A stretch of DNA of 64,000 nucleotides from NCBI GenBank assembly GCA_032718475.1, contig JAUCBJ010007819.1, positions 1 to 64,000 of the forward strand, written 5' to 3'. The translations under genes and the position numbers were made by a program. The DNA is from Nemertoderma westbladi. Taxonomy: Eukaryota > Animalia > Xenacoelomorpha. Under the pieces are notes generated by a model, which worked only from the letters and a program-made list of their open reading frames with translations, had not been told where the DNA came from and searched no databases. Shown here piece by piece: positions 13,001 through 24,506 of this stretch (positions are counted from its first letter, which is position 1; every line of letters begins with the position of its first letter).

Positions 13001-14050
13001 TGGATCACGCAACTTTGGAAGACAGTGAAGGTGCTAGTGGGGCAGTGCCAGACCTGCCGACAGACGAGAATGGAGAGGGCCATACAGGAGATGGCACCAT
13101 TACCAGCCAATAGAATGAGACAACACGACCCGTCATTCACGCACTGCGGCGTTGACATGTTCGGGCCGATTAAGATTAAGGTGATGCGACACATGGAGAA
13201 ACGCTACGGCATTATCTTCGTATGCAACAACACATGGGTGGTAGGAATAGAACTCGCGCAGGACGCTACGGCATTGGCATTTATTAATGCCTTAGAGAAA
13301 TTTAGAGACTGCAAAGGGGGAACAATCGCGGTGATTTATTCAGATAACGGGACCAACTTTGTCGGAGCCGAGAACGAGTTGGCCGAGGCCTTCGACATCC
13401 TGGAGGGAGACAATGTCAGGGCAGCTATGAGGAGACAGGAAAGTGAAGTGGGAAAGCAGGACTCCGTACGGCCACATACCTTAGGATGTGTAGAGAGACT
13501 TGTGGGAAGTTCTAAACGTTTAATGACGAAGTTGATGAACACCCACATGGTCACAGAGGACATACTAAGAACGGTGCTAGCCAAGTGCGAGGGAATCATT
13601 AATAGCAGACCGCTATATCCGGAGGATGACGACCCAGAATCACTGGACGTGCTAACACCGGGACACTTTCTGATGGAGAGGCCGGCGACCATCGACATGC
13701 GGGGTGTAGACCCAGATGACATACATTCCTGTCAAAGTTGGAAAGTCGCCAAGGCAATAAGTGCCGAGTATTGGAGGAGATGGGTAGAGGAATATCTTCC
13801 CACATTACACAGGAGGAGTAAGTGAAGAAACACCACTAGGGAGCTGAAGAAAGGTGACTTGGTAATCGTTACTGACGACACAATTATCAATATCCAGTGG
13901 AGACTAGCGAGAGTGGTAGATACTTACCCCGACGAGGACGAAAGAGTCCGGTCGGTGGAAGTGAGAATAGGAGGCAAGATAGGAGCAAAGGATAAGAAGA
14001 CCTACAGGAGGGCTGTATGAAAGTGCTGCCTAGTAGAAGGGGCACCTTAG
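10014..14050 (+). pseudogene. pol: BEL-1 pol: aspartic protease, RT, RNase H, integrase
   Basis: LVDSGA protease; AVLTMFGW; SLNDYLLEGP; FYVDDG RT; HMFSDES, LELTAA, YWTDAM, NPADLLSRG; HGG..CQTC, CGVDMFGP, IYSDNGTNFVGA, VERLV integrase; YLPTLHRRSK tail. Several stops and frameshifts. Confidence 0.95.
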
Positions 14051-14214
14051 AGTTTAGACATCCAAATATTGGACTGAGGGGGGTGGGAATGAGGGCGAGA
14101 CGCCCTTCCTACACAAAATATAAAAAATAATAAAATAATAAAATTAATTAGAGAGATATTAGAAAGTTACAAAGTAATAATAGTAGATAATACGTAGCAC
14201 TAAGTAAGTAGTTA

Positions 14215-14630
14215 GAAGTTAGGGAGTGTGGTACATTGACGTACCACAAGAGTAGTAGGGTACATAGTACCATAGGCAGAAGTTAAGGAGTGTGGTACAT
14301 TGACGTACCACGAGAGTAGTAGGGTATATAGTACCGTAGGCAGAAGTTAGGGAGTATGGTACATTGACGTACCACGAGAGTAGTAGGGTACATAGTACCA
14401 TAGGCTGAAGTATAGGGAGTAAGGTATATTGACATACCACGAGAGTAGTGGCAGGGTACATAGTACCGCTGGTAGGAGTTAGAAGTATAGGGAGTGTGGT
14501 ATATTGACATACCACAAGAGTAGTGGCAGGGTACATAGTACCGCTGGTAGGAGTTAGAAGTATAGGGAGTGTAGTATATAAACATACCACGAGAGTAGTG
14601 TCAGGGTACATAGTACCGATGGAGTTAGAA
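14215..14630 (+). repeat. Tandem array of 64-75-bp hairpin-containing units (about 6)
   Basis: Units start gaagt(t/a) at about 14215, 14279, 14343, 14407, 14482, 14557; most contain GGTAC-ATTGAC-GTACC or GGTAT-ATTGAC-ATACC and GGTAC-ATA-GTACC. Confidence 0.9.
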
Positions 14631-15206
14631 GTTAGGGTTAGTAGAGTTAGTAAGAGTTAGTAGCAAGAGAGTAGAGAGTATGATATATAGATATAACGAA
14701 AGAGCCCCGAAAGAGAGAGGGGGGCACGTGGGTACAGCAGCATAGACCGTGTAGGCCGCACGAGACAGACCACTGCAGTGCAAGGCTCAAAGAGTAAGTT
14801 TAGGGTGTTTGATACAGGGCCAGGAGGCTGCCTGGTATAAACTAGCACAATAGAGAATAGCTAGTCTACCCTGTATACAAACTATAGGGGTTATCTAAGT
14901 AAAATAACCCACCATAAGCGATAATAGCATACTAATAAAAAATAAAACATTGTTAGAAGTAAATCTGACAAATTATGGTACAGTAAGTAAACGATTCTAG
15001 AACATAATAAAAGTAACTGACAGATTTAGGAAATTTAAAAAAAATTGACACTTTGGGGACGCATAGGTAAAATATAGTACAAAAATTAAGATTTGAGAGA
15101 GATAGGCCATTACTAAACTAGTACAGACCATCTTACTAAACGTCACTCATCTACTTGAGCCTTGGTAAGGCACCACCAAGCAGGTGAGCAAGCGAGAGAG
15201 TTTGTA

Positions 15207-15820
15207 ATGGCGGAGAGACTAGTTAAGAAGATAAAGACGGAGAGGAGTGGAAAGGAGATACTAGTGGACTTCACGCAAAGGCATCCAGAGGAGAAGATGA
15301 GGGGATACTATGAGCCGCTAGCGAAGGGTCACAAAGCGCGAGCGCTGCAGGACCACTTCAGGGAGATACACGAAAGACGACTGGTCGGGACCTATGGGAC
15401 ACCGTTGCTGGACAACTCGATCCTCGGGTATTTTCGCTACATAGTGAAAGGGGACGAAGCGAAGTTCGGGATACTGAAGTATCCGAGGGAACCACCGAGA
15501 AAGGAATGGAGGAGGTTTCTAGAGTCTGTGAATAGGGGCGGATACATGGTACTGGACGATGAGGGGACTGTGGAGGATGACGAGGGTTCAAGAAGAGGGT
15601 TGGCGGGATCGGCTAGAACCATACTACTGCATTTGGGTGCGCCAAATGGAGACATATTCCTATTCGATCTAGGAACTTACGGGAAGAAGAGCAGGCCGAA
15701 GTTAAACTGGTTGCCAAGGGCGGTGCAAGACCTAGTAAGAGAGAAGACAACGGTGAAGGTGGGATCGGCGATCCGCGACGATGCTGAGCTTAAATAATGC
15801 CTTGGTGTGAGCCTTATGTT
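15207..15820 (+). pseudogene. Truncated DEDDy 3'-5' exonuclease (WRN/EXD2/Mut-7-like) ORF downstream of BEL-1 pol
   Basis: MVLDDEG (ExoI DxE), ILLHLGAPNGDIFLFDL, LPRAVQDLVREKTTVKVGSAIRDDAELK*CLGV (ExoII region); ExoIII missing where the LINE begins. Confidence 0.75.
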
Positions 15821-17570
15821 TTTTGAATAAGATTATTCGAATAATTTTCTTCTGTATTTTTATGAGAGGATCGATGGAATAGCCTGGTGAGCCCCACAGT
15901 ATTTAACCAAACAACAGATATGGGCTAACTAGAGTATGGTACAATGTAAGCCGAATTTGTTCTGAAATAGAGTGTTTAATTTTGTTGATAACCCCAATGT
16001 TTTTAGAAATTTTATAACGTATGTATTTTATGTGAGTTTGCCATTTAAGATTATCTGTAATCATAATATCTAAAAATGTTGTGGATTTCACTTGGGAAAC
16101 CTCATACAGTACCTAGCATTTGAATCGGTGGGACAGTTTGATCTTTAGGTCGCTTCAATTTAAATATCATAAAATTAGTTTTGTCAAGATTTAATGTGAT
16201 TAATGTATTAATCATTTGAGCAATATTTTTTCCGGACATAAAAATATTCGTATCGTCTGCAAAATAGTATAAATTTTAATACTTTAGAATATTCCACAAT
16301 GTCATTAATATATATGAGAAACAAAACTGGGCCCTAAATGGATCCCTGGGGTACACCTATGGTGATTTGGTGATGCATTCGCACCATATTGTACGTATTG
16401 GTATCTGTTGCAGAGATAATTTTTAAACCATTCCAGAGGTGTACCCCGAATTCCATAATGTTCCAATTTTTGACATAGATTGTTATGGTAGACGGTATCG
16501 AAAGCTTTAGATATGTCTAAAAAAATTACTATTGTCATTTGGGAATTTTCTACAGCGTCTGATAATTCGCTGAAAAGTAAAGATAGTGCTATATCTGGCG
16601 AACGCCCACTTTGAAACCCAAATTGACGAGATGTTATTATTTTGTATTTTTCTAAATAGGATATTAATTAGTTATAAACACACTTTTCAATAAGTTTTGA
16701 ACAGAAAGGTATATTACACTAACAGGTCTATAATTTATAACGAATTTTTTATTTTTTGCTTTGTAAAAAGGAATAATTTTTGCTATTTTCATAGCTCTAG
16801 GAACAATTCCAGTTTCCAAAGGAGTTAATTATGTGTAGCAAAGGGTCAGTAATATGATTAAATACATATTTTATTATAGATGGATTTATTAGATCAGGTC
16901 CAATTGCTTCTTTATTAGTTAAGGAGGAAACTATATTTGTGAGTTCATCTTTTGAAATGTTTGAGAGAAACATTGATGTGTATTGCCCACCTGGAAGGTA
17001 TTTGTAAATCGATTCATTGGTTGAAGGTATTTTTGCTGCTAGTTGTTGCCCAAATGACGAGTAGTGTTCATTGAATCCGTTTGCAATCTCAGTGCCATCT
17101 TCCTCAAATCTATTTTTTATAAGGAACGATGAGGTGTATTGTGATTTTCTTTTATGGGAGGGAATTAGCGACTTTATTACTCCCCAAGTTTTACTAATAT
17201 TACCCTTTAATTTTTCGAACAGTTCACTAAAGTATAATTTTTTTGCGAATTACTGTGGTTGATTATTTTTACATTTTATAAAAGTATCTTTAGTGTCCTG
17301 TGTTTTATATTTGAGAAAAGTGGAATAAAGCTTGTGTTTTGTACGGATTGAACTAAAAACAGAATCACTTATCCATGGTTTAACGGGATTTATAATACGG
17401 ATTTTCTGAAGAGGAAAGTGTTGATTATAAAGTTCCTGACATAAATCGATATAAAGTTATCGTAAGCAGTATCTGGATTTTAAGACCCCAAAACGTGCTT
17501 CCACCCCACCTTAGTTATACTCTGAATAGCTTTTTTGAATTGGGTAGTGTTCGATTTGGAATGGTCACGT
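15820..17570 (-). mobile_element. Decayed L2/CR1-group LINE (ORF2/RT fragment)
   Basis: Minus-strand frames give GFQSGRS, IFLDISKAFDTV..LCQKLEHYGIRG, PQGSI, YFADDTNIF, DNLKWQTHI; many frameshifts. Confidence 0.9.
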
Positions 17571-17661
17571 CGATAGTAAAACTTCGGGGCGCACCGCCCC
17601 AATTAAGTAAAGAATATAGCAATATAATAAAGGTAGCGCGAATAGACCACGAATCGCGAAT

Positions 17662-17922
17662 ACTCCCCTTGTGAACTAAATAGTGGTTTACTTTCTTAAA
17701 TCCGATCGATTTCCAGCTCTAGGCTCTTTATCAAGGTTTTAAATATAAATCAACAATACATAATATTTAATATTTAGAGCGTACGTACGTAGGTACCGGT
17801 ATTAGTTATTTACATAGGTAGATCAGTAGATTGATTTATATTTAAAACCTTGATAAAGAGCCTAGAGCTGGAAATCGATCGGATTTAAGAAAGTAAACCA
17901 CTATTTAGTTCACAAGGGGAGT
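17662..17922. repeat. Perfect 92-bp inverted repeat with 77-bp spacer (MITE-like or foldback)
   Basis: 17662-17753 (actccccttgtg...aaatcaa) is the reverse complement of 17831-17922. Confidence 0.92.
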
Positions 17923-18747
17923 CCCCAGCGTTTAACTCATAAAATCATAATGTTCCAAAATCCCCTTAAGACGGCATGTCGTTCCATTTTAACAAAACGT
18001 TATGATAGGTAGATGATCTGAAATATTGGCTAACAAGATTCAAGTATAATGATAGTGTAGTCATTAGTTAAATTAAATTGGAACGATTCCTAATTCTTCA
18101 ATAGAAACGTTTCTCGATTAAATTGGAACGCTCCACAATAATGTATTCCTAAGGATGAAACGTCTCCTTAAAAAAGTGTACCAATGTATTCAACGGGAAT
18201 GTGTACCAATGCTTTCTATGGGAGGCATATACTTGTTGATTTGTGGTAACGTAGCAACACATTTGGTTGGAAATTCAAATTGTTACTGGCTGCCATACTG
18301 CAGACTGGCGGATTGTACTATTGAACAAAACAGCTTCATGACATTGCTTGTGTGTGGTTCCTTCGTATTTTTGTTGACTTTTTCGGTCCGCATCTCCTTA
18401 CCTGTTACTCCAAACGTGTTTGCCGTTCATTCTAATCGCATTATGTACAATTTATACGTAATCCTACGAGGCCGAGGCGAGGACGACGAATCTATCGAAG
18501 AAATTAAACTCGAAATGTAATTTACCAAACCGTTGGCTGGTTGGTTTGGATGGTTGTTGGTTATATTGGGTGACATTATACAGTGTATTATCTGACGTCG
18601 GTTGTTAAAGCAGAGAAAATCTCGGTGAAATCAGTGAGTTTAATAAACTTAATTAGTTTGATGGTAGGTAGGTACCGGTACCGATAGCAGGATTGTTCCC
18701 GGAATATGTAGGAGGTTTACCTAATCGAATAATTTTGTATTAGGGAG

Positions 18748-19570
18748 ATGTTTTTCTTTATTAGTTCAGTTATTCCCCTTATCCGTTGGGAGACCACTCG
18801 GGTCTCGGCACAGATTCGATACATGACTATCACCGATCCCATCCAGACCCTGTCATTTACTGACGTCCCAGACCGATCTGGACAAGCGAAACTGCGGAAG
18901 CCGAGGGCTAAGGTGGTGGCCAAGCCACAATCAGTGGACCAGGACATTGTGGCTGAAACGCCACAATTAACTGGGCAGCTGATGTGGCCCAACCACCCCA
19001 GCTGACTGGCCCTGCACTTAGCGATGTCCTTCGGCTTGCGTTCGGTCTGGGACGCTGTGTTTATGGAGGACCCGGTGGTAGCTGTGCCTGTGGCTGTTGA
19101 AAGTGATCGCGCCACATTTGTGGCGACTGATTACATTCAGCTGGAGGCACCGCTGCCCGGATCCGTGTCCCTGCCATCGCCACAGGTGGCATGGACCACT
19201 CCCGGCAACAGAGACCTTTACGGTGATCATTCATATCCCAGTGTCCCAAACGTCCATCAGTTACCTTCCTCAGTACCGATTGTTCCCTCTGGCCCTTCTT
19301 CTTCAACCCCAACCCAACTAGAACTTCCACATTCCGATTTCTCTTTACACCCATCTTCCCCCAGCAGTACATCCTCCAAGAAAGTCCCACTATCCATTTA
19401 TGTACGAAAACTTACAGCCCAGAAATCTAAACCCCTAAAACCAAAATCCAAAAGATCCAGAAAGATCACAAATTGCCCCGAATGTCACCAGAAGGTTTCT
19501 GCACCCGGTCACCGTGCCTATAGGGACTCCTTTTACTGCCCCACAACCAACATAACATTTGACGAGTGGG
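18748..19570 (+). pseudogene. Unknown Pro/Ser-rich ORF ending in a CX2C-GH-CP-W zinc finger, interrupted by the Gypsy element
   Basis: ORFs 18748-19005 and 19024-19596 are in the same frame; CPECHQKVSAPGHRAYRDSFYCPTTNITFDEW runs directly into the Gypsy LTR. Confidence 0.55.
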
Positions 19571-19719
19571 TGATGTGTAGTACTTCTGCTATTTAGTCAG
19601 TCGTCAGTCATGCAGTACACCTAGGCCTAATGCTTGGTTTGTTCTATATCTATACTTATATTAACACCATTAATATACGTCATACTAAGTCCACCAAACC
19701 CCCCTATTCATATACATTA
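19571..19719 (+). repeat. Gypsy 5' LTR (about 149 bp)
   Basis: TGATGT...ACATTA imperfect terminal inverted ends directly followed by the PBS. Confidence 0.65.
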
Positions 19720-19729
19720 TGGCGCAGTG
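19720..19729 (+). promoter_or_regulatory. Primer-binding site (tRNA-Ser-like)
   Basis: TGGCGCAGT immediately after the LTR and about 60 bp before the gag ATG. Confidence 0.65.
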
Positions 19730-19786
19730 CTTCTGAACACGCCGATAAACTGGACCTACGAACTCCTACTATTCCCCATTAACAAC

Positions 19787-20713
19787 ATGGCGACAGATCC
19801 ACGAAACCCCCACACCTTCATCCTGCGAAGCTCCCCGCCCGCCTTCGACATTGAGTCAGAGAAGGCAACGTGGGACCTCTGGAAGGATGAATGGGACGCC
19901 TTCCTCGCCACATCGGGACTCCTCAACCTGTTCATCTCCGACCCGGCGAATCCCCCGGATGCTGCCGTCACCAACGACCTACGTCGATCCACCCTCTGCC
20001 TATGTCGCGCTGCGCTCGCTACGGCGTTCTCTAGCGCCACTAACGCGGTAGTAAAGGGGCTCGCCCTTACTACCGAAAAAAACGCAAACTCGGAGGACGT
20101 CATCGATCAGTTGGGGCGGCACATCGACGGCGGGACCAACCGACGGGTTTACCGGCAGCAGTTGGCCCGACGTCACCGCCTCCCCGAGGAGAGTCCGGAA
20201 TCCTTCCTCGTCGCCCCCCGGGACCTGGCCGCCAAGTGCGACTTCGCCGCGCTCGCCACTAAGGAGGCCCACCAAGAGGACCGCCTCCTGGACCAGTTCA
20301 CTGCGGGATTCGGTGACAAAGAAGTTACAGAGCAACTCCTCCGTCTCCCCAATGACTGTTCCCTCGGCGACGCACTGCGGCTCGCCCAAGCCGTCTGGGC
20401 AGCGCGCAAGGAAGCCGCATCGCTCGCCCTGCCCTCGAACCCCGCCGCCGCCGTAACCCGCGCCCCGGCGCTACCAACAGGGCCTGGTCCACGAGGGGCG
20501 ACAACCGAAGTCATCCCCCAAGTGCCCTCAGTTCGGTTACCCCCCACACCAGGCCGGCAAACGTTGTCCGGGCGCTACGGCCCGTTGCCGCCACTGCAAC
20601 CAAGTCGGCCACTACAACCGAATGTGCCGCAGCCGCCCAACGCCGAACCCACGGACCAACTACACCACCCAGGAACCCGACAACGGACGGGACGACCACG
20701 AGTCCGCCCATAA
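19787..20713 (+). pseudogene. gag: Gypsy gag (frameshifted before the zinc knuckles)
   Basis: WDLWKDEWDAFL, ESPESFL..DLAAKCDF, LLDQF; the shifted frame has RCPGATARCRHCNQVGHYNRMC. Confidence 0.85.
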
Positions 20714-20799
20714 TGCCCAGGTCTGGTCCACGATCCTGGACGGACTCGACCTGGACTCCATCCCGGACGTCTCGGCCACGGAGAGACTCGAGTCCCTCG

Positions 20800-23700
20800 A
20801 AACCGTGACCATCGGCTTCCAGGTCACCAAAGACCCGATCGCGGTATCCCGGAGCTGCAGTTCCTTCCGGACTCCGGAGCCAACGTGACCACCATCCCTT
20901 GGCGGATCTACAGGGCGTTCGGAGGCCGCCACGAGAACCTCCGCCACCCCGACGGCCAACCGATGACGAGCCACAAGGACTCCGTGACCCCGCTGGCACC
21001 CCGCCTCGCCAATGGGAGCCGCCTCGGGTGGACCTTTAAGGGGATATTTAACGCCACCCTCCAGTGTACCGCCCTCGGAACTGTGTGCACCACCGACCTA
21101 TGGGTGCTCGACGGGTTGCAACAGCCCCTCCTCTCCCGAAGGGTGTGTTTCACCCTGGGAGTACTGCGGAGTCCGATACTCCGCGGTGGCAACTTGGCGG
21201 CAATTACGAACCATATGGTTATAGAACAAACCAAGCCAATCACTCCGCCGCCACGCACCGATGCCCATCCACCAGTCCTGGTTGGGCCACCCAAACCTAA
21301 CACCAACACACCGTCACCCCCACCGGGCGCTCCGGCACCCCCAGTAGCATCCGCCCACTCCGACTGGGAAGCCCTACACCGCCGTTTTCCCCGCCCACTG
21401 TCAGGGCAGTGCCGAGTCATGGCGGGAGGGGAACTCACCATCAACCTCACCCCCGGCGCCCAGCCCAACCAGTCCTATACGAACCGCTCCATCCCTGTTA
21501 ACCTGGAGGCCGCGTTCAACCGGGAACTCGACGACCAGATCGCCATGGGAATCCTGGAGCCCGCCGGGGACGAGAACAACCCGGGCGAGTGGCTCAGCCC
21601 GATGGTCGTTACGCGGAAGAAAAGCGACCCCAACAAAGTCCGCATAACGGTTGATTTACGCGAACTTAATAAAGCCACAGTTCGCCCCAATTACTTCTCC
21701 CCCTCCCCGGTCCACGTCGTCTCAAGAATTCCCACCTCGGCCCGCTACTTCACCGTTCTCGACGGTCTTAAAGGGTTTCACCAGGTGGGCCTCGACCTCG
21801 CCAGCCGCCGTCTCACCACCTTCACAACCCCACGCGGCCGCTTCCGCTACCGGCGGATGCCCATGGGATGGCATGGCAGCTCCGATGTGTTTAACGTGAG
21901 GATGGCGCGCTCTCAGCAGAGTCCCCAACATCAGGCGGATAGTGGAGGATGTCATCATCCACACTGACACGGCCGAGGAACACCCGGAGGCCGTCGCCCG
22001 CGTCCTCGCAGCCTGCGACACCACCAACGTATCGCTGAACACCGACAAAGTTCAGTACTGCCTCCCCGAGGTCCGGTTCGGGGGCTACCTCGTCAGTCAC
22101 GGGCACTACCGGATCGACCCGGCACTCACCGACGACCTCCGCCACTTCCCGGCCCCAACTAACCGCTGCGAACTCCGTTCCTTCCTGGGCCTCGCCCAAC
22201 AGTTGGAAAACTCGACTCCCGAGATCTCCCAACTCGTCGACCCCCTCCGCAGTCTCAACACGGACAGGGCCGCCTGGGTTTGGCTTCCACAGCACCAGAA
22301 CGCGTTCGAGGCAACCCTTACCATGCTGTCGAGTCCACTATACCTCTCAGGTTTCCACCCCGACAGGCGGACTGAACTACTGACCGGCGCCTCGCACCTC
22401 CACGGCCACGGCTTCCTCCTCCGGCAGTGGGACCCGGCCCCAAACCGATGGCTCACCATCCAGTGCGGCTCCCGAACACTCGCCAAACACGAGGCGAACT
22501 GGTCCGGGATGGCCGAGCTGGAGGCCCTCGGGGCGGCCTGGGCGGCTCATAAATGCCGCTACTTTCTACATGGGCTGAACCACTTCAAACTAGTCACCGA
22601 CTGCAGCCCCTTAATACCCATCCTAAATGACAGGCGACTCGACCAAGTCACTAACGATCGGCTACTAAAGCTGAAGATGGCCCTCTCGCGGTTCAACTTT
22701 ACCGCGCGCCACCAGAAGGGGGCCCGCCACCTCGTCGCCGACGCGTTCTCCCGCTGCCCGCACAAGAAACCCACTTCGGACGACTTCGTCCTCGCAGCCG
22801 AAGATGACAACGACCGCGAGTTTATTGTCTCCGCTGCTCTCGCCGAGTCCATCCCGACGATCGACGACCGCGATGCCCGCCTCCAGGAGATCCGGACAGC
22901 CGGTGCCGTCGACCCGATCTACGTGGCGCTCCTCGCCACGATCCGGGACGGCTGGCCGACGTCCCGCCACAATGTGGCTAACGACGACATGCGGCCCTAC
23001 TTCCAGCACCGCACGGAACTGATGGTCCATGATGGAGTAATCCTTCGTGGGCCGCAGATCTACATCCCGGGGGCGCTCCGGCCCAACACCCTCCGACTGC
23101 TCCATGCCGCCCACCAGGGACTCAATAAAACCCGGGAACGCGCGGCCCGGTCGGTCTGGTGGTCTACGATGTCGAACGACATCGCCGTCGCCATTGAACG
23201 CTGCCAGTCCTGCCAGTCGTCCCTGCCCTCCCATGCACCGGAACCCCTCCAATGGAACCCCGAGGCCACCCGCCCATTCCAGAGGATCCACGCCGACCTG
23301 TTCGTCATCGACAGCACCAACTACATGGTCGCTACCGACGAATATACCGGCTGGCCCACGTTGTTCCTCCTCAGTTCCGATACAACATCCGCTGCCATCA
23401 TCCGTAACCTCCGGCTCCTGTTCCTCGCCACAGCAGTCCCCCTGGAGTTCCACCCAGATGGCGGCCCACAGTTCGTATCCGAGGCCGTGAAGAACTTCCT
23501 CAACAACTGGGGGGTTCACTTAAACCCGTTGTCGCCCCACCTACCCCGCACAAACGGCCACGCCGAAGCCGCCGTCAAGGCGATGAAGCGACTCGTCCGG
23601 GGCGCCAACCACGATGTCGACCTTATAGCCCAGGGTGTGCCATGGAGGGCGCTCACCTGCGGAGCTCCTCTACGGACGCAATATCCAGGAAGCTTTGCCC

Positions 23701-24000
23701 GCCCACTTCAACTCATTCGACACCAAGTGGAGGAGGAGCTTCCAGGAACTCGACGAGGTTTCCAAACAGACTAAAAGCAACCTCCGCGCAGCCTACGACC
23801 TCCGCACCAGCCCCCTCCATGTCATACCTGTAGGGACACCCGTCCTCGTCCAGGACGCTACCACCAAGCGTTGGACGGGACGAGGCGTGGTCGTCAAGGC
23901 GCTGGCGAACCACGACTACATGGTCCGCCAGGAGAGTGGACGCGTCCTGCGGCGCAACCGCGTCTTCCTCCGCCCACGCACCGCCTCGGAAGGTGGACCA
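20800..24000 (+). pseudogene. pol: Gypsy pol (PR-RT-RNaseH-IN) with frameshifts
   Basis: PDSGANVT; WLSPMVV..KVRITVDLRELN; LDGLKGFHQ; RMPMG; LRSFLG; ELEALG; HAAHQG..CQSC; HADLF, PDGGPQF, NGHAEAAVK. Confidence 0.93.
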
Positions 24001-24044
24001 CCCACTCCCACCCCGATCCTACCCAGCCCTCCCCCGGTCATCCC

Positions 24045-24506
24045 GCCGATGAGGTCACATCCCGGTCACAGGCCGATGAGGCATTTCCCCCAATGCTGGC
24101 CGATCTCACTAGCACTCGGAATGTGGGGCGTAAGAGGGGTTACGTTACTGAGTGGAGGCACCAGAAACGGATGCAGCTGGGTAAGAACATCCAGAGAGGA
24201 TGGGAGAGGGTCTGTAAGACCTGCGGCGATAGGATCAAGTGTGTGCCGGGACACACACAGATCAAAGGGAAGTGGTTCTGCCCCAGGAATGTTGATGGGG
24301 AGACGGCTGAGCAGTGGCGCCTCCGACTGCTTGGCCCCCGCCCACCCCCTCCACCCCCCGGTCCAGTGCTTGGCAAGCGTATTTGCAAGACCTGCCACAA
24401 TTATATGCTTGCCGCCACTGGCCATAGCCAATTCAGGGGTAGATGGTTTTGCCCCAACAACAGTGAGGGCGAATCCCTGGAGGAGTGGAAGGCCCGCATG
24501 CATTAA
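24045..24506 (+). pseudogene. C-terminal part of an unknown ORF with two CX2C-GH-CP-W zinc fingers
   Basis: CKTCGDRIKCVPGHTQIKGKWFCP..AEQW and CKTCHNYMLAATGHSQFRGRWFCP..LEEW, then a stop and AT-rich sequence. Confidence 0.6.

Larger units (their letters stand above)
5200..15820 (+). mobile_element. BEL/Pao LTR retrotransposon BEL-1 (degraded; LTRs not resolved, boundaries approximate)
   Basis: Gag-PR-RT-RNaseH-IN order with BEL-type motifs; strongly purine-rich coding strand throughout; no matching LTR pair found. Confidence 0.85.
19571..24045 (+). mobile_element. Ty3/Gypsy (Mag-like) LTR retrotransposon lacking its 3' LTR
   Basis: Short LTR, PBS, gag and PR-RT-RH-IN; GC-rich; no second LTR copy after the integrase. 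Confidence 0.92.

Noticed and set aside
19756-23913. Many antisense and overlapping ORFs in the Gypsy element (also in the RTE and BEL bodies)
   Set aside because: Shadow frames expected from GC-rich or codon-biased coding sequence; no motifs.
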